Below are positions 36,265 to 51,211 of a DNA stretch of 64,000 nucleotides, piece after piece. The notes below the pieces were generated by a model. That model had not been told where the DNA came from, made no database searches, and worked only from the letters and a program-made list of their open reading frames with translations. Position 1 is the stretch's first letter, and every line of letters begins with the position of its first letter. Origin of the DNA: the human T2T-CHM13v2.0 reference genome, Homo sapiens. The stretch lies in NCBI RefSeq assembly GCF_009914755.1, contig NC_060928.1. One strand, written 5' to 3'. Position numbers and translations under genes: made by a program.

Positions 36265-37281
36265 TTACATTTTGGCATGATTTTGCAGCGGCTGGTACCG
36301 GTTGTTCCTTTCCATGTTTAGCGCTTCCTTCAGGAGCTCTTTTAGGGCAGGCCTGGTGGTGACAAAATCTCTCAACATTTGCTTGTCTATAAAGTATTTT
36401 ATTTCTCCTTCACTTATGAAGCTTAGTTTGGCTGGATATGAAATTCTGGGTTGAAAATTCTTTTCTTTAAGAATGTTGAATATTGGCCCCCACTCTCTTC
36501 TGGCTTGTAGGGTTTCTGCCGAGAGATCCGCTGTTAGTCTGATGGGCTTTCCTTTGAGGGTAACCCGACCTTTCTCTCTGGCTGCCCTTAACATTTTTTC
36601 CTTCATTTCAACTTTGGTGAATCTGACAATTATGTGTCTTGGAGTTGCTCTTCTCGAGGAGTATCTTTGTGGCGTTCTCTGTATTTCCTGAATCTGAACG
36701 TTGGCCTGCCTTGCTAGATTGGGGAAGTTCTCCTGGATAATATCCTGCAGAGTGTTTTCCAACTTGGTTCCATTCTCCACATCACTTTCAGGTACACCAA
36801 TCAGACGTAGATTTGGTCTTTTCACATAGTCCCATATTTCTTGGAGGCTTTGCTCATTTCTTTTTATTCTTTTTTCTCTAAACTTCCCTTCTCGCTTCAT
36901 TTCATTCATTTCATCTTCCATTGCTGATACCCTTTCTTCCAGTTGATCGCATCGGCTCCTGAGGCTTCTGCATTCTTCACGTAGTTCTCGAGCCTTGGTT
37001 TTCAGCTCCATCAGCTCCTTTAAGCACTTCTCTGTATTGGTTATTCTAGTTATACATTCTTCTAAATTTTTTTCAAAGTTTTCAACTTCTTTGCCTTTGG
37101 TTTGAATGTCCTCCCGTAGCTCAGAGTAATTTGATCGTCTGAAGCCTTCTTCTCTCAGCTCGTCAAAATCATTCTCCATCCAGCTTTGTTCTGTTGCTGG
37201 TGAGGAACTGCGTTCCTTTGGAGGAGGAGAGGCGCTCTGCGTTTTAGAGTTTCCAGTTTTTCTGTTCTGTTTTTCCCCCAT
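36265..37281 (-). CDS. ORF1: L1 ORF1p, 338 aa, open, K3E variant
   Basis: MGEKQNRKTG...REKG, ARR, YPAKLS...NHAKM. Confidence 0.95.
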   Translation of the reverse strand: MGEKQNRKTGNSKTQSASPPPKERSSSPATEQSWMENDFDELREEGFRRSNYSELREDIQTKGKEVENFEKNLEECITRITNTEKCLKELMELKTKARELREECRSLRSRCDQLEERVSAMEDEMNEMKREGKFREKRIKRNEQSLQEIWDYVKRPNLRLIGVPESDVENGTKLENTLQDIIQENFPNLARQANVQIQEIQRTPQRYSSRRATPRHIIVRFTKVEMKEKMLRAAREKGRVTLKGKPIRLTADLSAETLQARREWGPIFNILKEKNFQPRISYPAKLSFISEGEIKYFIDKQMLRDFVTTRPALKELLKEALNMERNNRYQPLQNHAKM

Positions 37282-38186
37282 CTTTGTGGTTTTATCTACT
37301 TTTGGTCTTTGATGATGGTGATGTACAGATGGGTTTTCGGTGTAGATGTCCTTTCTGGTTGTTAGTTTTCCTTCTAACAGACAGGACCCTCAGCTGCAGG
37401 TCTGTTGGAATACCCTGCCGTGTGAGGTGTCAGTGTGCCCCTGCTGGGGGGTGCCTCCCAGTTAGGCTGCTCGGGGGTCAGGAGTCAGGGACCCACTTGA
37501 GGAGGCAGTCTGCCCGTTCTCAGATCTCCAGCTGCGTGCTGGGAGAACCACTGCTCTCTTCAAAGCTGTCAGACAGGGACACTTAAGTCTGCAGAGGTTA
37601 CTGCTGTCTTTTTGTTTGTCTGTGCCCTGCCCCCAGAGGTGGAGCCTACAGAGGCAGGCAGGCCTCCTTGAGCTGTGGTGGGCTCCACCCAGTTCGAGCT
37701 TCCCGGCTGCTTTGTTTACCTAAGCAAGCCTGGGCAATGGCGGGCGCCCCTCCCCCAGCCTCGTTGCCGCCTTGCAGTTTGATCTCAGACTGCTGTGCTA
37801 GCAATCAGCGAGATTCCGTGGGCGTAGGACCCTCCGAGCCAGGTGTGGGATATAGTCTCGTGGTGCGCCGTTTCTTAAGCCGGTCTGAAAAGCGCAATAT
37901 TCGGGTGGGAGTGACCCGATTTTCCAGGTGCGTCCGTCACCCCTTTCTTTGACTCGGAAAGGGAACTCCCTGACCCCTTGCGCTTCCCAGGTGAGGCAAT
38001 GCCTCGCCCTGCTTCGGCTCGCGCACGGTGCGCACACACACTGGCCTGCGCCCACTGTCTGGCACTCCCTAGTGAGATGAACCCGGTACCTCAGATGGAA
38101 ATGCAGAAATCACCGTCTTCTGCGTCGCTCACGCTGGGAGCTGTAGACCGGAGCTGTTCCTATTCGGCCATCTTGGCTCCTCCCTC
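37282..38186 (-). promoter_or_regulatory. L1 5'UTR: CpG-rich sense promoter and antisense promoter, YY1 site intact
   Basis: Complete 5'UTR with unmutated CpGs; CAAGATGGCCG at about 38165-38175. Confidence 0.85.
37737..37952 (+). CDS. ORF0: L1 ORF0 (71 aa, antisense, in 5'UTR)
   Basis: MAGAPPPASLPPCSLISDCCASNQRDSVGVGPSEPGVGYSLVVRRFLSRSEKRNIRVGVTRFSRCVRHPFL. Confidence 0.85.
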   Translation: MAGAPPPASLPPCSLISDCCASNQRDSVGVGPSEPGVGYSLVVRRFLSRSEKRNIRVGVTRFSRCVRHPFL

Positions 38187-39377
38187 TAGTATTCTGGATT
38201 TTTAACAGCAAATCAGCAATAAGCATCCTCGGGCACACATATTTTCACTTTTGGATAATTATCTCCCTCAGGTAGATTCATAAAGGGGGATTACTGGGCC
38301 AAAGGGTATATAACTTGTAATTTAATTTCTCTAAACCTCAGATCTCTCTCATCTACTGAAGAGGGACTAATAACATCTCCCCAAAAGTATTGTTGTGAGG
38401 TTTAAGAAAATGACATTTTATTTGGTGTCTGAAATGTAAACAGGTATTTAACGAGGAACATGTTCTCTCTTCTAATTAGAAGTAATAAGTTTCTATATTA
38501 AAACCAACTTCATCTTTGGGGTCTACTTTAGTACCAGCTTAGCCTCAAAGAGGTTCATATGTCAGGACCAATCTTTAGGCCCTTCCTTAGCCAGGTTTAT
38601 ATTCAGCCTAGAATCATCTTAGCCTCTTTTCACACTTTTCCTCCAGAGTGCAAATCAGTGCAGCATTTCTGGAGAGGAGTTTGGCAATATGTAGGAATTA
38701 ATGGCACTAGTAAGTTTTGTCAGGAGAGGGCGCTGGAGCCCACGTTAAGGTCAGCTCTGTGCGGCCTTGTAGGGGGGGCAAGGTTAAAAAATTCAATTAT
38801 AACTTTTGAAAATAGGATGTCTGTTTTTAACTACTGAAAGACAGTATGACTTTAAAACTTGACTCAAATATGTTATTTTAGTATCCACATACTGAAAAAG
38901 AAATTGAGGAAACTGGCAAGTTTTATCTTCAACATCTGCTTTCAGTTTTAGTGAAGCTTATCCTCACTACTTTCATTCCTCAGATCCATTTCCCAACCTG
39001 AAAAACATATCTGTCCCTTCTCTTCTCTCTTCAGACTCCAATTAGGGTTCTCTTGTTTAATACTGATAAATTTAAACATTGACCTCTAAAATATACACTC
39101 TTACTTTTGTTTTCTAACAAAAATTGTGTATTAAAAATAGATTTTAAAGACTGTTTGATAGATTCTTGGGGGCTTGAGATCTTTGGACAGCTCCCAAATT
39201 TCTGTCTAACGTTGGCTTTCTGTTCTGCTTCCCTGTGGGATGACTTAAATTAAGTGTGTTTAAAATAGAACCTGGCGGCCGTGGATCAGCTGTCAAGAGT
39301 TCGAGACCAGCCTGACCAATATGATGAAACTCCGTCTCCACTAAAAAAATAATAATAATAATAAAATAGAACTGTTA

Positions 39378-39716
39378 GGCCAGGCATGGTGACTCATGCC
39401 TGTAATCCCAGCACTTTGAGAGGCTGAAGTTGGGAGAATGACTTGAGCCCAGGAGTTCAATTGAGTTCAAGGAGCCCTTGAGCCCAGCCTGTGCAACATA
39501 GGGAGACCCTGTCTCTACAAAAAATTTAGAAATTAGCCAGGTGTGGGGACACATGCCTGTATGGTCCCAGGGACTGGGGAGGCTGATGTGGGAGAATAGG
39601 TTGAGCCCAGGAGGTCAAGGCTGCAGCGAGCTGTGATTGTGCCACTGCATCCAGCCTGGGTGACAGAGCGAATCCTTGTCTCAAAAAAAATAAAAAAAAT
39701 AAAAAAAGGAAAAAAA
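39378..39716 (+). mobile_element. AluJ
   Basis: Diverged dimeric Alu. Confidence 0.82.
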
Positions 39717-39869
39717 TTAGAATCTTCAATTTTACCTTCAAATTAACCCTTCAAGTGGCCACACTGAATATTTTTCATTAATTTTAAATACATTTTCAAC
39801 AAAGGCAGCTGAATTGGGGGAAATATGGGGAAGTTTGAGGGGGCAGAATAAAACTTAAAAATTGAATCT

Positions 39870-40165
39870 TGGCTGGATGCAATGACTCATGCTTATAATC
39901 TTGGCACTTTGGGAGGTGAGGTGGAGGTGGGAGAATTGCTCAAGGCCAATTTGAGACCAGCCTGGGCAAACAGCAAAATCCTGGCTCTCAAAAAAAAAAA
40001 AAAAAAAAAAAATTAGCTGGGCATGATGGCACACACACTGTAGTCCTACTCAGGAGGCTGAGGTGGAGGGTTGCTTGAGCCCAGTTCAAGGTTACAGTGA
40101 GCCATGATCACACCACTGCACTTCAGCCTAAATGAGACCCTGTCTGAAAAACAAAACAAAACCAA
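39870..40165 (+). mobile_element. AluJ
   Basis: Diverged Alu; TSD AAAATTGAATCT. Confidence 0.82.
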
Positions 40166-40189
40166 GCAAAATTGAATCTCATCATTACA

Positions 40190-41700
<1,511 letters not shown>

Positions 41701-42318
41701 TGCATCATGTTTACAAAGACATTAAAGCTATTTCTAAAGAGAGAAAACATTAAAAATTATCTTCAAATTAATCCTTTATAATTTTATTTTTTAACCAAGT
41801 AAAGAGTATGATCTGGTACTCCTTTCGGAGGCTAATCTCTAGATTACCTCCAAGGGAAGTGTTTTTCACATGTGGTCTTGGGTTATCTCTATCAGAATCA
41901 CCTATGATAATCACCTTTTTTAAATGTAGAGTTCCAGGCTCCCTTCCCTGCCACTACCCTACCCCAACCAAACCCAGTAAGTCAACATATCTGAGGGTGA
42001 AGCCCCAACATAGTTCCCAAGCACACCTGGTGACATGTATGCATATTTAAGCCTGTGAATCATTACTCAGGAGAAGAAAAAAGGAAGAGTTAGCAAGTTT
42101 ACCAATGTCATTCATATTTACTTTTTTAGTCACGCTCCCTTGCTTTCTCTCTTTTTGGCTTTCCACCTGTTTTCCCACAATCTGCAGAAACTGAAATCAA
42201 AATGAACTAAGAGCTTTAACTATCAGGTGTTTTCAGGATTAAAACATTTAGGAAAACCCACAGAATGGCTGGTATTCATAGCAACCACCAATCCTTTTGT
42301 CTCAATTTCTCAACTTAC

Positions 42319-42456
42319 CTTGTACTTGGATTTTTGATGAAGCCAGTGTTTACGAAATTAGGACACAGACATGTTGTTTTGACTCCAGTTATTTGTAAGG
42401 CAGCCAGTTCATCTGTCAAAGTTTTATGAAATCCAACAGCAGCAAACTTGCTTGAA
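42319..42456 (-). CDS. HSD17B11: HSD17B11 exon 5 (138 bp), completes catalytic YCSSK
   Basis: tttcag|TTCAAGC...AGTACAAG|gtaagt; SSKFAAVGFHKTLTDELAALQITGVKTTCLCPNFVNTGFIKNPST. Confidence 0.96.
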
Positions 42457-42929
42457 CTGAAAATAGAGAGTTTACAAAATAATTCAAGAATTCTGAAATG
42501 TCTGCCTGTTTTCCTCAGTTCAGCATGGTCCTCTGCAGAGCAATGTGGGCATTCCCTGAGTCTCAGGCCCCAGCCCAGAGCTACTGCATCAGAGCCCACA
42601 TCTTACAAGATTCTCAGGTAAATCTGTAGGCACATTAAGGTCCAAGAAGCCCTGACATAGAAGATTTACTGCATCTTAGCATCACTTACGGAATAAGAAC
42701 ATTTCCTTAAAAAGCCTTTTAAAGAAAATTAGTAGAGTATTTGTTTTTGTTGTTGTTCCACAAAATTCAGTGTCACTATAAGCTGTTCCTTATTTACTTT
42801 AAGATGTCCATAGAATTTGCTGAAAACTTTTCCTGGATAAATCCTATTCTTCCTTTAAGTCACAGCTTCACTTCCTCAAAGAGGCCTTTCCTAACCCCCA
42901 GTCTAAATTATTTTCTCATTATATAGTAA

Positions 42930-43300
<371 letters not shown>

Positions 43301-43884
43301 GAGATTAAATTTTTTAAAACATCTGTTTCCCACACCTTTCCTATAAGCTCCATGACTGTTTTGGTCACCAGTGAATCTCCAGGGCCCAGCACAGTGCTTG
43401 GCTCTTAGGTGCTCAATGAATATTTGTCAAATGAATGAATCACAATGCAAAGCGTTTATTTTAACAGCTCTTTCATTTGGAAGTAGTAGTGAAATTACTT
43501 ATTCTAAATGGACATTACTTTCTCAGGTTTTTTTAATTTAAAAAGGGCTTTATTGAGATATAAATTCATATGTCACACAAAGCATTCACTTAATGTACAC
43601 AATTAAATGGTTTTTGATATATAATTAACTTAAAAGTTGTGGTATAATATATATCATGTAAAACATGTCATTTTAACCATTTTTAAGTGTGCAATTCAGT
43701 GGCAATAATTATCAGATAATCTTTTATTCTGTTAAATCTGTATGAATTAGCAATTACACAAAGTAGCTATACATTCTGGCCAGTTAATCTATGCTTTGGA
43801 AGACAGAAAGCTGTGGAAATTTTTTAAAAAATTTTAAAAAAAATTTCTTACCTTTTTAAAAAAAGTTTAGGCACTTATTGAAGC

Positions 43885-44270
43885 TGATATGGTTTGGCTG
43901 TGTCCCCACCCAAATCTCATCAACAATTGTAATCCGAATTGTAATCCCCACATGTTGAGGGAGGGCACTGGTGGGAGGTGACTGGATCGTGGGGGCAGTT
44001 TTCCCCATGCTGTTCTCGTGATAGTGGGGGAGTTCTCACAAGATCTGATGGTTTTTTAGGTGTTTGGCAGTTCGTCTCTTGCTCTTACTCTCTCTCGCTG
44101 TCTCTCTCCTGCTGCCATTTAAGACATGCCTGCTTCCCCTTCCTCTGTAATTGTAAGTTTCCTGAGGCCTCCCCAGCCACGCAGAACTGTGAGTCAATTG
44201 AACCTCTTTCCTTTATAAATTGGCCAGTCTTGGGCAGTTATTTATAGCAGGGTGAGAGGGGACTAATACA
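43885..44270 (+). mobile_element. THE1/MST (MaLR) solo LTR
   Basis: TGATATGGTTTGGCTGTGTCCCCACCCAAATCTC...GGACTAATACA; TSD GAAGC/GAAGG. Confidence 0.88.
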
Positions 44271-44414
44271 GAAGGCTTAAAAGAAAGATTGTTAGATTAA
44301 ATTATATGAGATTAAAAGCTTCTGTATACTGAAAAACAACATAAATAAAAATCAGATCTAAAATAGATTACTAAGTGCTAGACATTGCCCTCAGTTATTC
44401 TGATGCATTTTGGA

Positions 44415-44703
44415 GTTTTTTGGGGAGTCTTTATCTGTCACTTAGGCTGGAGTGCAGTGATGCAATCATAGCTCACTTCAACCTAGGAACTTCTGTGCTC
44501 AAGCAATCCTATCACCTCAGCCTCCCAAGTAGCTGGGACTACAGGCATGTGCCACAACACTTGAATAATTATTTTACTTTATTGTAGAGATGTGGGTCTC
44601 GCTACGTTGCATAGGCTGGTTTCAAACTCCTGGGGTTAAGTCATACTTTTGCCTCAGTCTCTCACGGCGCTGGGATTATAAGTGTGAGCCACAGTACCTG
44701 GCC
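44415..44703 (-). mobile_element. AluJ
   Basis: Diverged dimeric Alu. Confidence 0.8.
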
Positions 44704-46055
44704 TATTCTAAATAATTATTTTGTTTAATCTTCATAATACCCCTATAAAATATATTAAGATCCTCATTTACCAAAGAGGAAACTGAGGTAAAGATGGGTT
44801 ATCAAACTTGCCTGAAGATACAAAACAAAGTGGCAGAATCAGGTTTTACGTGTGGGTAGTAAACCAGGTTTATATATGATATATTCTAAACTTTATTAAC
44901 TCCAAGCAAATTAAGAGGCAAGTGACAAACTGGTAAAGCATTTGCAACATATAAGACAAGGATAAGGTTAATATATGGCAACTTTTATAAAGGAATAAGA
45001 CAATACTCTAATAGATAAATGGCTAAAGGGCATTCATGGAAAAATCATAATATAAAAATGCCAGTAGATGTAGGCATATAAAAATGATTTACTTTAGGAA
45101 TAATTCATATAAAAGCAAAGTAAAACAAGACGGAATTCTTGCCTAGCAGTAATTATAAGGACAGAAATTTTCATCTGAGTTTTTTTCAATGTACAGATAT
45201 TTCACCTCATATAATTGAATCTAGCAATCTTTTCTTTTTAAGGCTTCATTCAATATATGTCAAACTTTCAAAAAAGTGACAAAAAACACTTTCTTTCCAC
45301 AGCTTTCTATTTTCCAAAGCACAGGTTAACTGGTAGCCTTTTCTGGAAGGCAGTTTGGCAAAAGGTATCAAATTCATTAAAAGTATGCCACGCTCTCAGA
45401 TCCGGTGTTTATCCCAAGGTAATAATCAATGATGTCTCCAAAGATTAATGTTCAAGGATAGTCCCTGGAGTGCAGTTCATTAAAGCAAATAGTTGGGAAT
45501 AATGTGAAATGTCTGTAGTGGACAGCTGTTGTTTTTTCCCATCAGCATTTGTGTCCCCTTGTTCTGGTAATACCGCTGTCACCAAATGCATACAGTGATT
45601 GGCTCCAGGCTAGTCTAGTCACTGACCTCTAGAACAAGAACGTTTGAAGCCACTGTTGAAGTGATGTTTTTTTTCCCTTCCTGCTGGACTTGGAATTTAA
45701 AGGGTTTAACCCTGGAACTTCTGGTAGATATCTGGCCATCAGAGGAAGACAGCCTGCTTGAGACTTTAATCACAGAGCCAAAAAATTCCTCTTTGGGCCT
45801 GGGGCAGTTTAAGTTTTTTGTTCCTTGCAACTGAAAGAGTGACAAAATACCAATGATAATGAGTAAATTGAATAACTAGTGGCACGTATGTGCAGTGGTA
45901 TCCCACGCAGAAATAGAAAACGATGTTGCACATAATATTTATTAACATATATTATTTTAAATTAAGAGCCAAAATTATATATTTTTTCAATGCATAACTA
46001 TATGTTTGCATTTAAAATATCCTTAAAAATTATAACATGCATATCATGATTATTT

Positions 46056-46920
<865 letters not shown>

Positions 46921-46926
46921 TCTTTC

Positions 46927-46944
46927 TGGCAACCACGAAGGGAC
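46927..46944 (+). promoter_or_regulatory. Primer-binding site, tRNA-Arg(TCG)-like
   Basis: TGGCAACCACGAAGGGAC, complementary to ...GTCCCTTCGTGGTYGCCA-3'. Confidence 0.7.
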
Positions 46945-47346
46945 TAAAGTGCAGAAACCCTGACCCTATGGCTACCTTTGGGTAAGTGTTGGGGTCCTGT
47001 AACATATTTCTGGCAGACCATAGAGTTACAATACTGAAGAGACCCCTGACCCAAAGGAAAATCATCAGGGCACAACAGTGGGCTGACTTTGAGTAAGTGG
47101 GGTGCCTACACCTGGGTAAAGAATGGGATTGGGTTAGAGGCCCAACTTAGGGGAGTTAGAGTCTCTCCTAAGACAGAGTGGGTTACAGGTCCTTCTTAAT
47201 AAAAGGCAAGGACACTTGACTGACGTCAAGTTAGAGGCCTGACTTAGGAGGATTAGAGTCCCTTCTAAGATTTAGGAGGTTAGGCCAGGTGCAGTGGCTC
47301 ACGCCTGTAATCCCCAGCACTGTGGGAGGCCAAGGCGGGTGGATCA

Positions 47347-47607
<261 letters not shown>

Positions 47608-48789
47608 TTAGGGGGTTAGAGGACCCTCTCAGTAAAGTCCCTTTCAGCTAAGAACAGGTTTGGCACTATGGGATGTTAACTGCTGTTCTCTTTGGATTAA
47701 TCTGCCTTTGTACTCTTTGCTGATGGCTATGGGTGACAGGGTTAGGCATGCACAGGATCGTGGGACATGGGGAGCTTTTTCCTGCCTAAAAGGGGAAACT
47801 TGAGAGCTGACAGGATTGCTGAAAAAGATCCCTGCTCAACCGACAGCAGCAGCCTGAAGTTTTCAGTGTTGCTGCAATAGGTGGGTCTTTCTCTGGCCTC
47901 CCTGATCATTTTGCCTTCCCCACCCTGCCACAGGCAATACTTTCCGTCTCTACTTTTCCTTTCCCTTTCTTATCTTTTCTATTTCTCAGGGCGACCTTCT
48001 TGCCCAGAGACCACATGTTGAAATTCCAAGTCAGAGGTTGGATTAAAGATGATGGGGCCCAACTGGGGGTAAATTTAAGCCTTGCCAGTTTGATATTGGG
48101 TGCTAAGCAGAGTAGCTAATGTCTATGTTTTATCATGCATATTTTGCTCTGGTCAAAATGAAAAAAAAAATTTTTTTCCTTTATGATGCAGCTTGGCCCC
48201 CGGGGAGATGGTGCCACAAGCCCGATCACTAGGGCTGCTCAGGGAAAAGGAACCCAGAAGCCTGGCATGCCAGCAAAAGGCTAAGAATTTGTTACCAGTC
48301 AGATTTTTAGCTTCTCTCTCTCTGTGCAAACAGTTGAATGAATGGAAAAAAAATCAGTGTTTATCACCTCTGTAAAGACTTAATTAATGCGAAAAAGAAT
48401 TCTAAGGCTAGTCTTAAGCTGGTGTATTTTGTGCTATGAATTCGTTTTTCCGTGTAGAGGGGTACTTCAGGATAAAACATGGGCTTAGAACACCTGTAAG
48501 CCCGCTTTTCAAGACTACCCAGCAAGCTGGTCAGTAACAAACTTGGTTGCAGGTCCCTGAAACAAACAAAAAACCCGATGAAGTCTCCACCTTGTTTTAT
48601 GTGCTTGGGAGCTTGACCTTTTAACCGCATGGCAGTACCTTCTCTTGGGCTCTGTCTTCCAGGGAACAAGAATTTTAAAGTTCATGTCATAGCCAGCTCT
48701 GAAAATCATATTAAATAGTTAAAAGCCTTTGCAAGCTCAAAATTAACTAATCTAGACTACTTCTGAGAAAAGAAATAGACACTGCCCAG

Positions 48790-48859
48790 ACCTGTAGCTC
48801 AGTAGCTAAGGTTTTGCACTTTCACAGTGGCAGTCTAGGTTCAATTCCCCACCCAGGAA
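48790..48859 (+). pseudogene. tRNA-Glu(TTC)-like relic inside the ERV internal region
   Basis: A box TAGCTCAGTAG, loop CT-TTC-AC, B box GGTTCAATTCC; colinear with tRNA-Glu; stems degraded. Confidence 0.55.
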
Positions 48860-49904
48860 ATAAGTCATTACTGATTTAATATATGTGTCTATTCTCTTCT
48901 CCTCCATGGACTGTCTTCAATTTTCCTTCTTCTAAGCACCTAGGAGTTTACCTTTGGTAAAGTTCAGAAGCTGGAAATATTGGCCGCTTGGCATGGCTAA
49001 AGTCGGGTAATAAGAGCTCTGAAAGGATTTCTTCTTTAAAGAGCACTATGGTGAAAAGTCAGCTTAATTAAAAGTGGAATAAGCTATAAATATATTTAAA
49101 AGGCCTTTATGTTTTTCTCTTCTTGAAGCTTGTTTTGCTGGAAAAAGGTTTTTTCTTCTCAGTCAAGTGAATTATTTTTGTTTTTTTGTTTTGTTTTGTT
49201 TTGTTTTGTCTTGTTACTATTAATGCTCACATGAAAGGCCCGTAGATAACTTCTGGTAGCTTGGGACTACTTGGGAAAAACAAAGGCAGCACCACAGATC
49301 CAGTTTTGGGAAAAAAAAAAAAAAAAGAAAAAAAACCCCTCTGTTTTCCTCATGAGACCCCAAGAATTAAAAGCAGATAGATTCCTCTCAAAATCAAAGG
49401 CTCTGTTCTGTTTTGCATTGTGTTATCTGACGGTTTTGAGTTTGGGGGAGGGGGGTTATCAGCAATTACTTTGCATTATGAGAGAGCTTTGGTGTGTAAC
49501 AACTAGGTAGGAAATGTACTTTAAGGGGTGGCTAATAGTAGTTATGGAGGGATACTTGACTCTGCACACTTGGATCAGAGAAGCATGCTCTAGGCCACCT
49601 GGAAGATAAGGCAACATCCTCACCCCTCACTGGGAGATGAGACTCTCATGAGGATGGGCTGATTACAAAATGGGCTGATTGGCTTTAGGTTGCCTTGCAA
49701 TGAAATGCACAGTCGGTAAAAGCACTGCATTGTCTTCTCCCGTAGTATTTCCCTCCTTTTGGGGATCCAGGATCCAGTATAAAATACCACCTTTAATTTT
49801 GGAGATCTGTCTGCCTTCAGCTGCTTATTTGCTACTTATTTAGCCCTAGAAATGCATGCTGTCCCAGCTCTGTTCCTCCAAGGGCTCCACTCTGAAACCT
49901 GTCA

Positions 49905-50207
<303 letters not shown>

Positions 50208-50872
50208 TCAAAAAAAAAGAAACTGGCAAACGAAAAACTGTATAAGTGCTGAATCTTCTATTTATAGTGTATGTTTATATATTACAAAGCTCTAATCAAT
50301 TGACTTAGAAAAGTAAGTGCGTAAATATTTTTTCAGAAAAATAGAAACTAATGCCTTTTTGTTCGTGTGACTTTAGTAATCTTTTGAAAATAAAGACAGT
50401 TTTAAAGTTTATTGGTAAAATAAAATGTCTTAAAAATGTAGACATTTGGTCTAAATTAAGGTCAGATATCAGATTTGCTAAATGCTTTAAGGACAAACTG
50501 TTTCTTTAACTTTTGAAAACTGTTCTATTTACCTACTTTAAAGCCATCAGATTCTAGATAAGGCCTCATGCCCCTGGCTATGCTGGAGAGTCAGCCCTTA
50601 TCTGCACTTCTGCCTGGTGTGTCCTAGACTAGTCTCCACACCTAGTACATAATTAAAATCCCTTACTTAACCAACGTTTTCATCAAAAATAAAAGTTGCT
50701 AGAAGTTAGCATTGTAATGTGTAATTAAGACTACTGAAGAAACAGTTTTACATGCAAGGTGTATAAAAAAGGTGAAATGTGTTTTTGGTTAAAAAAAAAA
50801 TTGTAAGAAGAAGCATGGGAATGCGGATTATTTTCTGCCTAGATTAAAGTGTTAAAGGATTGTGTTAAGTGA

Positions 50873-51211
<339 letters not shown>

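Noticed and set aside
38321-38790. Possible permuted MIR (3' half at 38321, 5'-like half near 38720)
   Set aside because: The second half is too weak a match to support by eye.
42315-42599. ORF-track extensions of HSD17B exons (also 2105-2290, 3279-3470, 59652-59933)
   Set aside because: Intronic read-through around real exons; the splice sites define the coding limits.
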